Assembly (NCBI RefSeq): GCF_006345805.1
Contig: NC_043004.1
Coordinates: 99,324,001-99,388,000 of the forward strand
Direction: 5' to 3'
DNA: 64,000 nucleotides
Source of the DNA: Octopus sinensis
Taxonomy: Eukaryota
Numbering within the stretch: the first letter of the stretch is position 1; every line of letters starts with the position of its first letter. Shown here in pieces: positions 12,245 to 26,848 of this stretch. The notes beneath the pieces were generated by a model. The model saw only the letters and a list, made by a program, of their open reading frames with translations. It had not been told where the DNA came from and did no database searches. A program made the translations under genes and the position numbers.

Positions 12245-13430
12245 TTAACCCACTGTCACAGACATGTGAAAATATTGACTACTACTCATTAATTTCAAAT
12301 TAAACTTATAAAAGTTGAGGGTCTTCCAGCGCCCCTATAGAGCCCCCAATTTTTTTAACGTCCCCTAGTGCCCCTTTGCTCCAAAACACCTCCATCGAGC
12401 TCCAAATGTACCCCGAGTGTGCATATGGCTCCCGTTGGGAACCTTTGCTATAAAGCATACTACTGGTCAGATGACAAATATTCTCTTGAAGAATTTCTTG
12501 CCAAGTTTCATGCAGTAATCTCAAAAGATCTGGCTTTGATGTTGCTTTCTTATTCTATTTACGAAGTGTTCTGTCCATCACACCTCAGAGAGGTTCATTA
12601 TGTTTCATATCTGGTAACTGGCTTGGGTATAGAAGGTTATTAATGCCATTATTTTCCAAGCAATCTTTTTAGCCGCGTATCAAGGTGCCCCATCTTCCAT
12701 AAAAAACAGTCTCCTTAACCATTTCACCACTAGAGAAGATTGAAAAGAGTATTTTCCGCAAAGTTGACCCATTTATCTGAGTTTATGTTTCCATCACGCT
12801 CCTCCAGCTCTGATTGGCCATTGCTTCCCAGGCCATCGCAGGATAACTACCTTGTTTCGTTCTTGGCAGCAATGTTTTCATGTCAAATTCTTGATCACAG
12901 AGTTTCCAGATCCACACTTGACTACTTTCAGAAAATACAACAAATCTGGACTCATCCGTGAATATGGTATTGTCCCAAAATGCTAGCGGCCACTCCATCA
13001 TCTCACTGGCCCATTGGCTTTTCCACTTGATATTGGTTGGTTGAAGAAGTGGTTCCTTCTTGCTCCTCTGCCATAGTAACCAAGTTTGTGGAGATACTTG
13101 ACAGCTGCTCTGGGACTGACATCAACTTGTTCTGCTATGCCAGAGGCCTTGCAATGAGGATCATCCTCCACACTTCACTTAACAGACAAAGGGTCCTGTC
13201 AGAGGACGCTGGTCGAAATAGACACGGTGATGTGAACTCATTGCTCTCTCTGGTGAACTGTATAATCACCCTATTAACTGTAGTAAGCGGGATCCCAAGA
13301 TTTTCTGCGATTTTACGTTAGGTCCACATCCAGATTGACCCACAATACAGCCTCTTTGAAATTTAGACAGTTCCAAGGTTTCGTTTGTACGTGGCATTAT
13401 TAAACAGTCTCATATAGAACGTGGAACATA
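12245..13430 (-). mobile_element. Decayed Tc1-like (DD34E) transposon
   Basis: LHKLGYYGRGARR ... WDNTIFTDESRF ... AMAWEA ... FMEDGAP ... YPSQLPDMKHI match Tc1 motifs (FSDESRF, MVWG, FQQDNAP, WPSQSPDLNPIE). Many stops and frameshifts. Confidence 0.8.
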
Positions 13431-13499
13431 AAAATATAATCCTTTTCAAGCTAAAATAAAACTATGTTTTATGGGGTATCTTTTTACTTGTCATGCCTC

Positions 13500-13745
<246 letters not shown>

Positions 13746-14315
13746 TTTATATTCGATGATGTCTGTGAACCATGTAAAGAAAGGAGCATCAACTGCAGTA
13801 GACTGAGATATTGTATACTAAGAATACCAGTAAAAGTCTTGAACGGAGATAAATCATTCTTCACATATTTAGATAAGACAAAATTTATTGTCAAAATTAC
13901 GACTCATACCACTACTAGATTCATTTGAATTGCGGTCTGCATAATAATTTTACTAAAGTAAGCGCTAAGATATCTAGGGAATTAATACAGCACTTTTAAA
14001 TATACATCTAGGCTGGTTTCACTGTAAGAAACAATACAATATGTAATTTGAGAGTTATCTCCCTTCTCAAATTACAAACTATTAATATCAAACAAGTTGA
14101 GTTCAGGAATGGGATTAGTACGCGAAACAGTTTATTCGTATGCTATCTTGATAATTTCTTCCAAGCAAAGTCACCTGAACGGACGTGAATAGCTGAGACA
14201 TCTGAGAGACGCCAGGGCGAAGTACAAGCTGCGCATAAATAAATAATTATATCCAAGAATATGAACCTTTCCTCTCGTTTCTAACACAATTATCATTCAT
14301 ATAGCCAGATATATG

Positions 14316-14369
<54 letters not shown>

Positions 14370-16304
14370 TGCACAGAAAATGTTGATATATAGAAAGGGA
14401 GAGGGACACTATACATAAATACACCAATACTTCTATATACATATATGTATGTATATACATATATATATATATAAATATATATATGTATATATTTATATAT
14501 ATATATATATATATACATATTTATATATATATATATGTATATATATATATGTATATACATACATATATTGCAGTATCTTTATATGTATACGCATATGTAT
14601 ATGAATCTATGTATGCATATGTGTTGCTGTATGATTGTACTAAGTCTTAGACAAAATGAGTTATGCTGCGATTGTAAGAGACATAGGAAGGTAGATAGGT
14701 TGATAGAAGGTAGATAACTAGATAACAATATTTCTGTCTAACAAAAAAAAAAAAAAAAATATTGTAGATGGATGGGATTAAAGAAATATAACGTTAAGGA
14801 ACGAAGAACATAAAAAAGCTGGCTGGATAGAAAGGGGAGTATGTAAAAGCTGAAAGACAATGAAGAGCGAAAGAATAAAAGAAGCTAATTTATATATCTG
14901 TGTAAATATATCTGTGTCTATATGCATGTATGTGTATATGTGCGTATGTATGTGAATGTATATATATATGTACATGTATACGAATATATACGAGTGTGTC
15001 TGTATGTGTGTGTGTGTGTTATTGCTTTTGTGTGTCTGTATTCTTTGAGAATATCACAAACAGATAAAGAATGAAAATCCAAAAGAACAAAAATAAGCAT
15101 AGCTTAAACTATATTCAGAAATATAAAATGGAAAAGAGAAGATGAAGTAAAATTAAGAAAGTCAAACTAAAATAAAATTTGTGAAAAAATCAAAACAAAA
15201 TTGAGAGAGAATATTAAAAGAAAATGTTTTGCAAAATGGATAAGAATAAAGTTTTGTAATACGTAAAATCTTTTTCAATGAAATTGTTTTTACCTTTAAC
15301 CATATTATGAAGAGATTGGAAATGTGAAAAGATTGAAGGGATTAGGGGTAGGAAATGTTATAAAACCATTCAAGGCAAAGATAGAAGGTTTAGAAATAAT
15401 ACATTTAAAATGAATTCTCAGAATATAATCTGAATAAATGTAGAGAAAAAAGTTGTATACACAAAAAATAAAAACGTAAAAAAAAGCTGCATATGTTTCT
15501 ACAGACATATATACGAAGAAACATGCGGACGCATATATATTTATGTATAATCTATGCATAAACTTCTACTCATTATCAACATATAAAGAATATTTATGTC
15601 AATTATACATACATATATCTTGAATGGAGCATGTGCATGCCTGTATATGTGTGGTTATGTGAGTGTTTGTTGTATGTGTTTGTGTGGTAGCATACACATG
15701 TATAGAGTATATATGTATGCATATATGTATACCTATTCCGGAACACACGAATGCACGCAGTAAGCACATTCGTTTATGCATTCCTACGTGTGATGTGATG
15801 TATGAATCCATGACTTAAAGAAACGTTCGAATACAGATACATACGCATATTAGTATACAGGCACAGGGGAGGCAGCCACATCTATATATACATGTATATG
15901 CATACATTCCTGCACATAAATACATACATACAAGTATACATATGAACAAGCATATATACATATATACATTCGCACATACATACATACATAGCTACATACA
16001 CACATACATACTTACATACATACATACTTATCAGAGAAAGCTGATTTTATCGTATAGTGTAGTATATTAGATATTTTTTTTCATGGACCCGTTACGAGAC
16101 GAGACTTCAGAGATAAATTGGGCAGAGGGTAAATATGGTAACTTTTTTTGAAATAGTTTACCTGCGATGCAACTGGACAACCTTGCATATTTTTTCTCTG
16201 TTTTGTGATTATAATTTGGGCTAGAAAGATCTGTGAGACATTGTTTTTACAATCTTACAGAGTAAGCAGTTGAGCTGAGTCTTTATTGAAACGGTCGGCG
16301 ATGC

Positions 16305-16357
<53 letters not shown>

Positions 16358-16369
16358 ATCTATCTATAC

Positions 16370-16440
<71 letters not shown>

Positions 16441-16679
16441 ATATATATATCTTAAATGTATACAGGTTACATATATATGCATTCGTAGATTCACATCTAT
16501 AAATATATACATATATATTTATGTATGTAAATGTATATATACATATGCATATATAACTTGTAGGTATTTATCAATATATACGATGACATATATTTATATA
16601 TATGTATATATATATGTGTGTGTGTGTATGTGTGTATACATACATATATATATATATGTATATATGTGTGTATGTGTGT

Positions 16680-16714
<35 letters not shown>

Positions 16715-17216
16715 AACATACATATATATACACACATACTTACATACATACATGCATACACACCCTCATATGCATATTCAAACACATCTTACGAAGCTGT
16801 CTGAAAGAGACATTCACACAAAAAGCTAGAATCCTCTTCTCAAGGTTAAGTAGAAATGACGAATGTAACAAAAGAAAAAAAAGTTTGATTAAAGAAAAGA
16901 ATTACCAATAACACAAAAGCAGCCAAAGGTCAATGAAAGTATGTCAATTGTTACAAGACTTCTACCTGCATCCTATTGCTAATGGTCTTTATCATGCTTC
17001 TTTCCCTATGGAAATATGTTACATTTTGTATCTTCCTTTTATGAATCCCTTAGACATTTCGGCTTGCAAGCGAAATAACTTCCTTTTCTTGCATACTGTG
17101 ATCTTTTATTTTCCTTCACCGCTCAGCTCTCTACCAATCTCTGTTCCATTTTATTCTCCTCAAAATGACTCCTTTCTATATAATTCTCTTAAACTTATTT
17201 ATGGAAAATCTATGTA

Positions 17217-17247
<31 letters not shown>

Positions 17248-17284
17248 CATACATATATACATACATACATACATACATACACAC

Positions 17285-17315
<31 letters not shown>

Positions 17316-18181
17316 CATGTATATACATATATATATATATACATATATATAATATATATATATATCATATATATATACATATACATACATGTAGATAAAG
17401 ATGTATATATGTATTTGCGTATGCCATTATGTATATTACATATCATATATGCATATATATGTGTGTGTGTGTGTGTGTAAACCATTATTCATATATTCAT
17501 ACACATATATGTGTGCAGATAGAATCGCATACATACGTACCACCATGCATACATACACATACATGCATGTATAGATATATGCATGTATACGTACATACAC
17601 ACACACATACATACAGGCATACATACACACACATACATACATACATAAATAAATACATACATACATACATTAATACATACATACATACACACATACATAC
17701 ATACATACATACGTAGGGTTCCATCTAGACTATGCCGTCTGCACTATCTCTTTGATTAATATATAGGGATTGGCAATTCAATTAAGAGACATAATGTTGC
17801 TGTTTGAGTCTTTAAAACGGAAAAATCTATAATCACATTAGATAATTCAAATAAGATAATGTTATTGAAACTTTTGGAAAACGAAAAGGATTCGAATGGG
17901 AATGGTTACCCTAGACAACAGGTAAAAGAACAAGGAAGTCTTAGTGTTTTTAGAAATTTTCGTATATATGCCTATGTGTATGTATGTGCGTAGATGTGCA
18001 TGTATATGTGTATGTCATAATATCAGATACCTTGTATAATACGTCAAATTTATTTCGCCGTTTTTTCCATTTCTTTCTCCAATCCTTTATGAAATCCACA
18101 AATAAATAGTTACCTGTCCTTGTAAAGTCCGCTACAACTATGGCCCTGTGACTAATAAAATATGTTATTATTGCTATTATT

Positions 18182-19085
18182 AAGCTGGCGAGCTGGCAGA
18201 AACCTTAGCACGCCGGGCGAAATATCTAGCGGTATTTCGTCTGCCGCTACGTGCTGAGTTCAAATTCCGCCGAGGTCGACTTTGCTTTTCATCCTTTCGG
18301 GGTCGATAAATTAAATACCAGTTATGCACTGGGGTCGATATAATCGACTTAATCCCTTTGTCTATCCTTGTTTGTCCACTCTATATTTTGTTCCTTGTGA
18401 GTAGTAAAGAAATAGGTATTTCATCTGTTTTTACGTTTTTAGTTCAAATTTCGCCGAGGTCGACTTTGCCGTTCATCCTTTCGGGGTCGATAAATTAAGT
18501 ACCAGTTACGCACTTGGGTCGATGTAATCGACTTAATCCGTTTGTCTGTCCTTGATGAGTTTCTTGAAAAACATCCTCGGTAAACCTAGCAAAGGCAGCT
18601 AGCTGGCAGAAACGTTAGCATGCCGGGCGAAATGCCTAGTGGTATTTCGTTTGTCGTTACATTCTAAGACTTCCTGTGTATAGCCCCTTGTGGGTAGTAA
18701 AGAAATAAGTATTTCGTCTGTCTTTACGGTCCGAGTTCAAATTCCGGCGAGGTCGACCTTGCCTTTTATCGTTTCGGGGTCGATAAATCAAGTACCAGTT
18801 GCCTAGTGGAGTCGATCTCATTGACTGGCTTTTTCCCACCAAATTTCAGGCCTTGCACCTATGGCACATAGGATTATAAAGGCGGTGTGCTGGCAGAATC
18901 GATAGGATGCCGGGCAAAATTTTTAATGGCGTTTCATTCGTCTTTACGTTCTGAGTTTACATATCAACCAGGTCGCCTTTGCCTTTCATCCTTTCGGAGT
19001 CGGTAAAACAAGTTCCAAATGAACTCTTGGGTCGATCTAATCGATTTATCCCCGTCCCAAAATTGCTAGCCTTGTGCCAAAATTT
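18182..19085 (+). mobile_element. Cluster of 4-5 tandem or partial SINE family C copies
   Basis: Repeated GAGTTCAAATTCCGCCGAGGTCGACTTTGCC...GGGGTCGAT at about 18255, 18440, 18733 and 18975. Heads at 18182, 18590 and 18878. Confidence 0.85.
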
Positions 19086-19113
19086 AAAACCATCATCATA
19101 ATCATCATCATCG

Positions 19114-19144
<31 letters not shown>

Positions 19145-19154
<10 letters not shown>

Positions 19155-19707
19155 GAGTGAGAGAGCAGTGCATGCCATCAAAGTGACACTGGGGTAAAAT
19201 ATACGAAGCCCAATATACCCATCATGACTACCGTCTGATAAAGGTACACCAGGCACATGCATCACAACCATATGTCGCCGACATGGTGATCTCATATCAA
19301 GATAAACAGCACATGACCTTGCAGGTGGGGCCCAGTTAGAATTTTCTTCAGATTGAGTAGCCCATCCCGCTCAAACGGTCCCTGAATAAGGGTTGTTTAA
19401 GGATGTTGAAAGAACCACACATGTTTCCAGAGGTGAACTATTCAAACCCCAAAGAATCCCTCTCAACACATGGCTATGATGCTCCCCCACTACTTCTGCT
19501 CGTGATCGGAGATGCACATATCGTCAGCCACTAAGGGACATGATCAACTGGTTACGGTCAAACAACCGACAAGCAAATCTGTGGTATTGAGCAGAATATT
19601 TGCTGTAGCCCATCTTTTATACCAAGACAAAACAATGTACATGATAACACTTCCAATCAGTTAAGATCAGAAGCCATGAGAGCCACTGCCTGGTACTGCA
19701 TCAGGGC

Positions 19708-19712
<5 letters not shown>
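19145..19712 (-). mobile_element. About 570-bp non-coding retroposed element flanked by (AAT)n on both sides
   Basis: No ORF and no tRNA head; (AAT)n tail on the minus strand. Its end ATGAGAGCC...CCTGGTACTGCATCAG recurs at 32712-32747. Confidence 0.6.
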
Positions 19713-19765
<53 letters not shown>

Positions 19766-19794
19766 TATTATTATTATTATTATCATTATTATTC

Positions 19795-19992
19795 AGTAGT
19801 TTTATTCTTATAGCGTGCTTTCACTTCACTACCGAACGCAGCTCTGTGTGCTTTGGGTATGTGCTGTGATTTGTTGTGATGCTCTGATGGTTATTGTATG
19901 GAAAGTGCTCTGCGTAGTATGTGTGCAGTGCCTAGTAGTGCAATTTTCTGTATGTTATGTGTTTGTAAGTCCTGGTGTTTTTGTTATGTATT
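19795..19992 (-). mobile_element. R4/Dong-like RLE LINE 3' end
   Basis: Encodes KYSDKYITKTPGL...IQKIALLGTAHILRRALSIQ-stop, then a 3' UTR ending GCACGCTATAAGAATAAAACTACTG(AAT)n. (TTA)n on both sides. Confidence 0.8.
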
Positions 19993-20048
19993 TGTCTGAA
20001 TATTTTTTATTATTATCATTATTATTATTATTATTATTATTATTAATA

Positions 20049-20081
<33 letters not shown>

Positions 20082-20379
20082 GTTGCTGGTGTTCTTGATT
20101 TTGTTGTTGTTTTCTATGATTTGTTGTCATTGTCACCGCAGTAATCTAGAAATACAACTTAATGGGTACTTATTGTTTAATGCTGACTGTAGCATTTTGT
20201 TATACATAATTACTAAAAAAAATAACAAAACGTCTTTGATTAAGGAAATTGCTTTTGACATTTCTCAATAGGTGCTCTCTTTTCTCTGCATTGCTTTTGT
20301 TACATAATGTCTTGAAGGCTTTCAACAGCATTGATTATTCTGTTAATAATGATTGCAGTCAACAAAAACTGGTACTATC

Positions 20380-20461
20380 GATGCTACTGCTACTGCTAGT
20401 GTTGCTGCTGCTGCTGCTACTACTACTGCAACCACAACTACTCCTACTACTGCTACTGCTA

Positions 20462-20500
<39 letters not shown>

Positions 20501-20502
20501 AT
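20380..20502. repeat. (CTG/CTA)n trinucleotide repeat
   Basis: Direct reading. Similar tracts at 23585-23720 and 59685-59752. Confidence 0.9.
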
Positions 20503-20644
20503 CACCTCTAAAAGCGTCTAATTTTAATGTCACACTAGCAGTTTATATATATCTATGTGTGTGTGTGTGTGAGAGAGTGTGTGTGTATTTATATATGCAT
20601 ACATGTCCCTGTATCTATCTTTGTATCTATATATGCGTGTGACA

Positions 20645-20678
<34 letters not shown>

Positions 20679-20814
20679 CAAGTAGAAAGATAAACTTTAT
20701 TCAACGCATAAATACTAAACAGTATATATATATACAAAAAGGATAAAATCCTTTTTTTTTATAGCAGAAAAATTTGTCGGTAGCCAAAGCGATTTACATA
20801 CGGCGTATATATAT

Positions 20815-20930
20815 ACGAGGGTTTTATGAAAAGGGTTGAGCCTTGAAGGCCTTTGAGTCTTGTACCTTCATCAGAAGTTTTGTACGATGTGTTTCTTTTT
20901 AGGCTCAAGAATTTTCACACACCCCTCGTA
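20815..20930. mobile_element. Miniature mariner-type element (MITE or internal deletion derivative)
   Basis: TA-CGAGGG...CCCTCG-TA with imperfect TIRs of about 30 bp (TACGAGGGTTTTATGAAAAGGGTTGAGCCT versus TACGAGGGGTGTGTGAAAATTCTTGAGCCT). Confidence 0.6.
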
Positions 20931-21019
20931 CATACGTACGGTGCTAAAATTCTTTTTAGAAATGCACTTATCCAAAGATATTCGTTGTCTTCATCATCAA
21001 GGTAATATCTAACCTGTTT

Positions 21020-21110
21020 AAAATTTTACCTGAAGACGGTGGTTTATAGGCTATGATATAATCTATGTATACATTAATAAAATTCTACCGAAACGGCTCT
21101 CATAAATTTT
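21020..21110 (+). ncRNA. Penelope-type hammerhead ribozyme motif (type I, long loop II)
   Basis: AAAATTTTAC-CTGAAGA-CGGTGG...CTACC-GAAAC-GGCTC-TC-ATAAATTTT. Stems I and II are complementary; stem III is minimal or degenerate. Confidence 0.5.
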
Positions 21111-22189
21111 AATCTTCATTTCTGTTCTTTTTATATACCTACGCCGCACTTAGAACCAACCTTGAGTTGGATATACTCTTTAAATTGGATTTGGTGGTTG
21201 CATATGTGCAGTATTTTACCAGCATCTGATACCTTCATGGTTATCTTACCTTACTTTGAACCTTATGCTTTTATAACTAGCCATTTCTGTTGACCTACGT
21301 GTTACCTAGATTCTAATGGGCCTAGATTCTAATGAATTCTATTCTACAATTAATATACATATTTACATATATATATATCGTTCACTGAAATAATGAATAT
21401 TTGCACACGAAATCTGAAAATAAAGGCACGTCGTACAATCTTTAGTGAATTTAGTTGCTGGATCAGCTACCAAAACTCTGAGCAAGCAGGTCTGAGATCA
21501 AAGGCATTCCATCCATGATCATCTTATTTTGTTAATTTTATATATGTGCTTTTTAGGTAGTGTTTATTTAGGGTAATATTATTCAATGTATTCTGTTATT
21601 TCTAGCTGGTAGACATTTATATAGACGTTTCCTTTGCGGGCGGTGGCCTACATATTGATGATATCCGTAATGTAGGTTGTTTATTAATATCATATAGAGA
21701 CGCCGGTGACAGTAAAGATGACTTGTGAAGTAGACATAAGTGTGGTGAATGTGTGAGAGTGAGGGAGTGAAACAAACTGGTGGTGATGATGTAAATGGTG
21801 ATACTGGAAATAGTTGCTGTGTATGGTAATGTTTATGGGGGAAATGGAGGTGGAGAAGGGCTTTTCGAAAAGGAGGAAGAGCTTTGATCCTTCATAGCGC
21901 TCCAGTTAATCATCATGATCGACTGTTAAGTTCAGTGCACAGGCCTTGAAATTTTAACCTCTCCTGTTCAGCCAATCAGCATCTTTATTGAGGCGTGCAG
22001 CACAGGCAGTGTTGCATGCTGGTTAAAATGGCAATATCAGATGGTGTTGTTGCAAAGAGATAATTTTAGTCAAATAATTTATGAATAGAAAGTCTAAAGA
22101 GTATGTATGTATGTATGTATGTATGTATGTATGTATGTATGTATGTATGTATGTATGCATGGATGAATGTATACATACACGCGTAAATG

Positions 22190-22230
<41 letters not shown>

Positions 22231-23379
22231 GTGTGTCCATATATATATATATATACACACAGATACATACATATATGTGTGTGTGTGCATACGTAAGAAT
22301 TTTATGAGCGTGTCTATGCACAAACTTAGAAACACTTACACACACACACACATGCGTGTTTTTTGTATATATGTATATTTATGTGTATGTATAGGTGTGT
22401 ATATGTAAAAGCAGAATATTATATTTGTGTACACTTAGCCGCACACATATAGTTTGGCATAGACAATTACACACACAGATCTCTTTACAAGAATATATAT
22501 CGTTAAATACGTGTGTATATGTATGCGTGTAAGTATATTTGCAAAGACTTGTTCGTAAGCTATTAGTAAGCTTCCACCAATTGTAAAGTATCGAAAACGC
22601 TATATATCCGAGAATTGATATTATCTAATAAATTCTTTCGTTCAAGCAACCAATAGTTTTCGATCAGACAATATTTCCAAAGCAAATAAAATTAGTCTGA
22701 CAGTCGCGAAATATTTAGTTTAAAAAATGCTAAAAATGTTTTTCCCTTTATAGTGGAACACTTGCTATACTATTTTAACATTTTTTAAAGCATTAGATTA
22801 TATATAAACGTAATGATGCTTTCCCCAGAATGATTTGGTTATTAACCGTCACTGTTATTATAAATATTTATTCTTTGTTTTATCCTATTGTATCACAGTC
22901 TTTCATTCACTTTTGAAAGCTAACAATTTATCAATATATATACAAGCCACAAATAAACCAAATGATTAATTTCTTTCTTTTCTTTTTTACTTTTTTTATC
23001 TTTTTACTTTTGATAAAGTTGAAACTTTATCAAAACAAGAGTTTTAACATTCCTGTTAGTTCATAATAAATTTATCGAGATATACAAATCCCAAATTTAT
23101 CCATAATTTATCGATATATGTACATTAATTTTTTCTTAAAGCCTTATTTTAATTGTAAATTTCACCGTGTATAAATGAAGAAATAGATTTCAGTTTCAAT
23201 TTCCCGACAGATTTACTATTCAATATTTGATCTAAACGCATTTTTTGACACCATTATCTCGTTCTCTCACTCACTCTCTCTCCCTCTTTCTCTCTCCCTG
23301 TCTCTCTGTCTGTCTATCTCTCTCTCCCTCTCTTTTTCTCTTCCGATCAGCGATAACCCTACATAATAGTCTGAACCCC

Positions 23380-23584
23380 CTTGGGGTGCGACGTTCACCT
23401 GGGAAGAAAGAGTGAAAGAAAGTTGTGGTGAAAGAGTACAGCGGGGTCCCCCCCCCTGCCGGAGTCTAGTGGAGCTTAGGTGTTCTTGCTCAATAAACAC
23501 TCACAATGCCCGGTCTGGGAATCGAAACCGCGTTCTTACCACCGCGAGTCCGCTGCCCTAACCGCTGGGCCATTGCGCCTCCAC
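23380..23584 (-). mobile_element. SINE family B, 5' half
   Basis: Reverse complement matches the head of 8566-8750. Confidence 0.75.
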
Positions 23585-24112
23585 TCTGTTGCTGCTGTTG
23601 CTCTTTCTCGCATTGCTGCTGCTACCACTAATACTACTACGACTGCTGTTGCTGCTGTTACTGCTGCCGCTGTTGCTGTCACAGCTACCACTGCTGTTGG
23701 CAATGTTTCCACTGCTGCTGCGGCGAGGTGGGCTTTGTACTTTCACTCCCTGTGGTTTCTCCTCCACTTTTCCTATATTGATGCCAGTAAAAGAGGGAAG
23801 TGGAGGGAAATTTCATCAGTCACTAGACCTGCTGCGGAATGGGCAGATTTATTCTTAACTCTTTCAAGATGGGCTCAACCATCTTGTTGGATTATATATG
23901 ATTAAACGCCCACCGAACTGATTTGCAGATCCAAATATAGCCCCGCGAGGGGCAAACAAACACCGAAACTCAATGACAGGTTCCTGGTATATCTATTAAC
24001 AACCTGGAGCAAAATGTAAACTGAAAAATCGGCACCAAATGGGTGTAAGACAAATGTTTTCAAAAGGACTTATTTGGAGCGTTCGAAACACGTCCGATGT
24101 ACTTCGCGGCAA

Positions 24113-24159
24113 ATATAATAATAATAATAATAAAATAATAATAATAATAATAATAATAA

Positions 24160-24190
<31 letters not shown>

Positions 24191-24215
24191 AAGAAGAAGA
24201 AGAAGAAGAAGAAGA
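24113..24215. repeat. (AAT)n-(AAG)n compound microsatellite
   Basis: Direct reading. Confidence 0.95.
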
Positions 24216-24393
24216 ACATCATTATTAACATTAAACTTTAAATTTAGTCAGCATGTTGCAGAATTCTCTATTTGTGCAAATATTTTTTTCTTTTTCTAAA
24301 CTTTCTGTAAAATGAACTTTTGTGCGCATGGAATTTTCTAATATTGACCCATCATTTGTCTCATGATTTATATAATCGTATTGCTGTTTTAAT

Positions 24394-25900
24394 CAGGCGT
24401 GGACAAAACTGCTGTCCCCAACACCACCATCACTGCCCTTTCACAACAGTTATTGTAAAGAAGGATATGAAATATAAATTAGGAATTTTAATGAAATAAA
24501 CTTATCGAAACTCCTCTAGGCTTAGATGTGTTTAGAAATATTCACGAAAGAAAACTTATTGAATTTTTATAAATTTGGATGAAAGAAAAACAAAATTTTG
24601 AAGTTAATGAAAATCCAATACATTTTCCTTTGATGAAGTTCCTAAAAATATTTTCCTGTTCTCCGTTTAAATGCACTTTTGTTGGCGAGGAGGTTGTCGT
24701 ATTCTGACTTTACAGGCTCGCCTGCTTTAATTTAATTCTAGTATGCTTGCCTTCTCTGAAGTTAAATATGTTAGTAAGATTTTATTCTATACTACTTCGC
24801 TAAGTTGTTCCATCAAATAAAATATCAGTGAACAATTCTTGTATTATATGATGCAATTTGGAAATAAATTCATTAAATTCTGTTCACACGTTATTATTAA
24901 TAATGTTGCATAAAATAATTGAATTAAAATTTATTTAATTACAAAGCTAGATAAATTATAAGTACTTCAATTGAAAACAAGGAAATTTTTACATTAACGC
25001 TCATGTAGGTCATATTGTTACTGTTTTCACTTCACTTTTTGGAAATGTACCAATACTTTGTAGCTTTTGTTTGTATAGATGAATAGACCTGTCATTCATT
25101 TTATAGCTTTTACTTGTAATTAGACTATCTCAATGACAATCATTCACTTAAACGTTTCCTCAACTTTTAAGTTCAGTTATTAGGTAGAACTTACGCTCAC
25201 AACCACTCAAGTTGCAAGAGATATTCTCTTCATGTCCATCAACATTTCAAGGCAACATAATTTTTAATTTTAAAGTATGAATATCAGCATTCGAGCATAG
25301 TTGAAAAATCTATTTGCATTTAAGAATTTTTTTTTTTGCACAAAATTTTTGAAATTGAAAATCTACCATATTTTATTCATAAGATAATAACTTGATCGTC
25401 TCTTAACGTGAACCTGCAATATATAATTAAGGTGAAGTCGAAACTTGAATATTCTGTTTCATTTCAGAACGCCTTTTTCTAATAATCACACAACCGATTT
25501 GTAAAACCAACGAAAACGAATGTTACATTGACCAAGCGAAACCTGAACATTTTACTTCGTTAAATATTGTGTTACATATGCTGCTATTTTATGTGAATTC
25601 TGCCTCGAAAAAATTTCATCCTTCTTTTTACTATTAACAATTTCTCCATAAAATTTTGCATCACGACAATGCAGGCACATACTCCAGATTTTTAATGATG
25701 GTTAAATATTTTTCGTAGCTTAATATTCATTACCTCCTGAGTATTTGGTGCAGTAGATTCTACTAATTCAGGCCCAAAGCTTTATAAAGATTGGCAATTC
25801 TTGTGAGCTTTATATTCTCTGCTTTTTTTGTTTTTTTGGCATTCGACACTGTTAACTTGTGCTTGTCTCAATAATTTTCACTAAACCATTTATTGAATTT
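24394..25900 (-). mobile_element. Highly decayed hAT (Charlie/SPIN-like) transposon
   Basis: Weak motif remnants on the minus strand: NVxWLSLGQC-like (VRWLSRG), LFDGTT (FGSTY), KSEYDNLLANK near the C-terminus. CAGGCGTGGACAAAA at 24394 resembles a hAT TIR. Partner TIR not found. Confidence 0.4.
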
Positions 25901-26848
25901 GAAACAAATATTTGTTACGTTTATGATGCGAACATATTGATTAACCATGGCTGAAACCGTATTCCTGCTACTACGGCCCGAACCAAAACAAGGGACATGG
26001 GACGATATAAATCGCTGATACATTACTGTGATATTTAAATGACTAACTAATTAATAGATACAATTAACTAAGTGATTATTTTCAATAAATACACTTATTA
26101 ATCATTAGACTACGTGCAGCAACTAACCATTTGTGCGCACACATATTTCTTAAGGGCTTTGGTTGCAAAACATGTATGGGCACGCATATATTCAGAGCAA
26201 GAAAGGGGACCAGTTAAAAACATAAACATAGATAATATCATTCATATTAGAAGTCATTAAAATGTTAGTATTGTGATTTGTGTACAACGAAAAGTGTTTG
26301 CATTCCTGAACTGAGGCTATTTTTAGTATGCAGACCGCACATGACAAAAGGTCTGGAACTAATAATAATAAAATCATGATGTATAAAAAGGTATCAATCG
26401 CTTTGTCTTTTGTTAAGCATCAGGCAGTAGAATTTTTTTTTTATTGAAATGCTCAAGTAAGAATTTTGGTATGTGCAAGCAAGGCGAAATTTGTTCGTTC
26501 TAGTATTTAAGATTGAGATAGGATGGTAGATGATGTGAGTCTCTCTTCGAAGCAAATGCTCCGTTACTCTGATATACTCTTAATTGTCTGTATTTTATTT
26601 AAAGCTGTCCATAATATGCTGTTGGTTTCACTTTTGTATCTGAAGATCCAAATATGATTTTAAAGTGGTTTAAGTTATGTGCTCACAACATATTCAATAC
26701 TGATCCTAGAAAAATTAGTTTTCAGTATAATATAAGCTTTATAATCACACAAACTATTAATATGGCATACGATAATATTAGATCTAAATCATTACATGCC
26801 ATTTTAAAAACATGTTTTACATGCAGCTCTACCCCCACTTTAAGTACC

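Noticed and set aside
23730-23830. Minus-strand CTGATGA...CCTCCACTT/AAGTGGAGG...GAAAC as a hammerhead
   Set aside because: A stem II-like hairpin exists, but there is no NUH triplet correctly placed after stem III and no stem I pairing.
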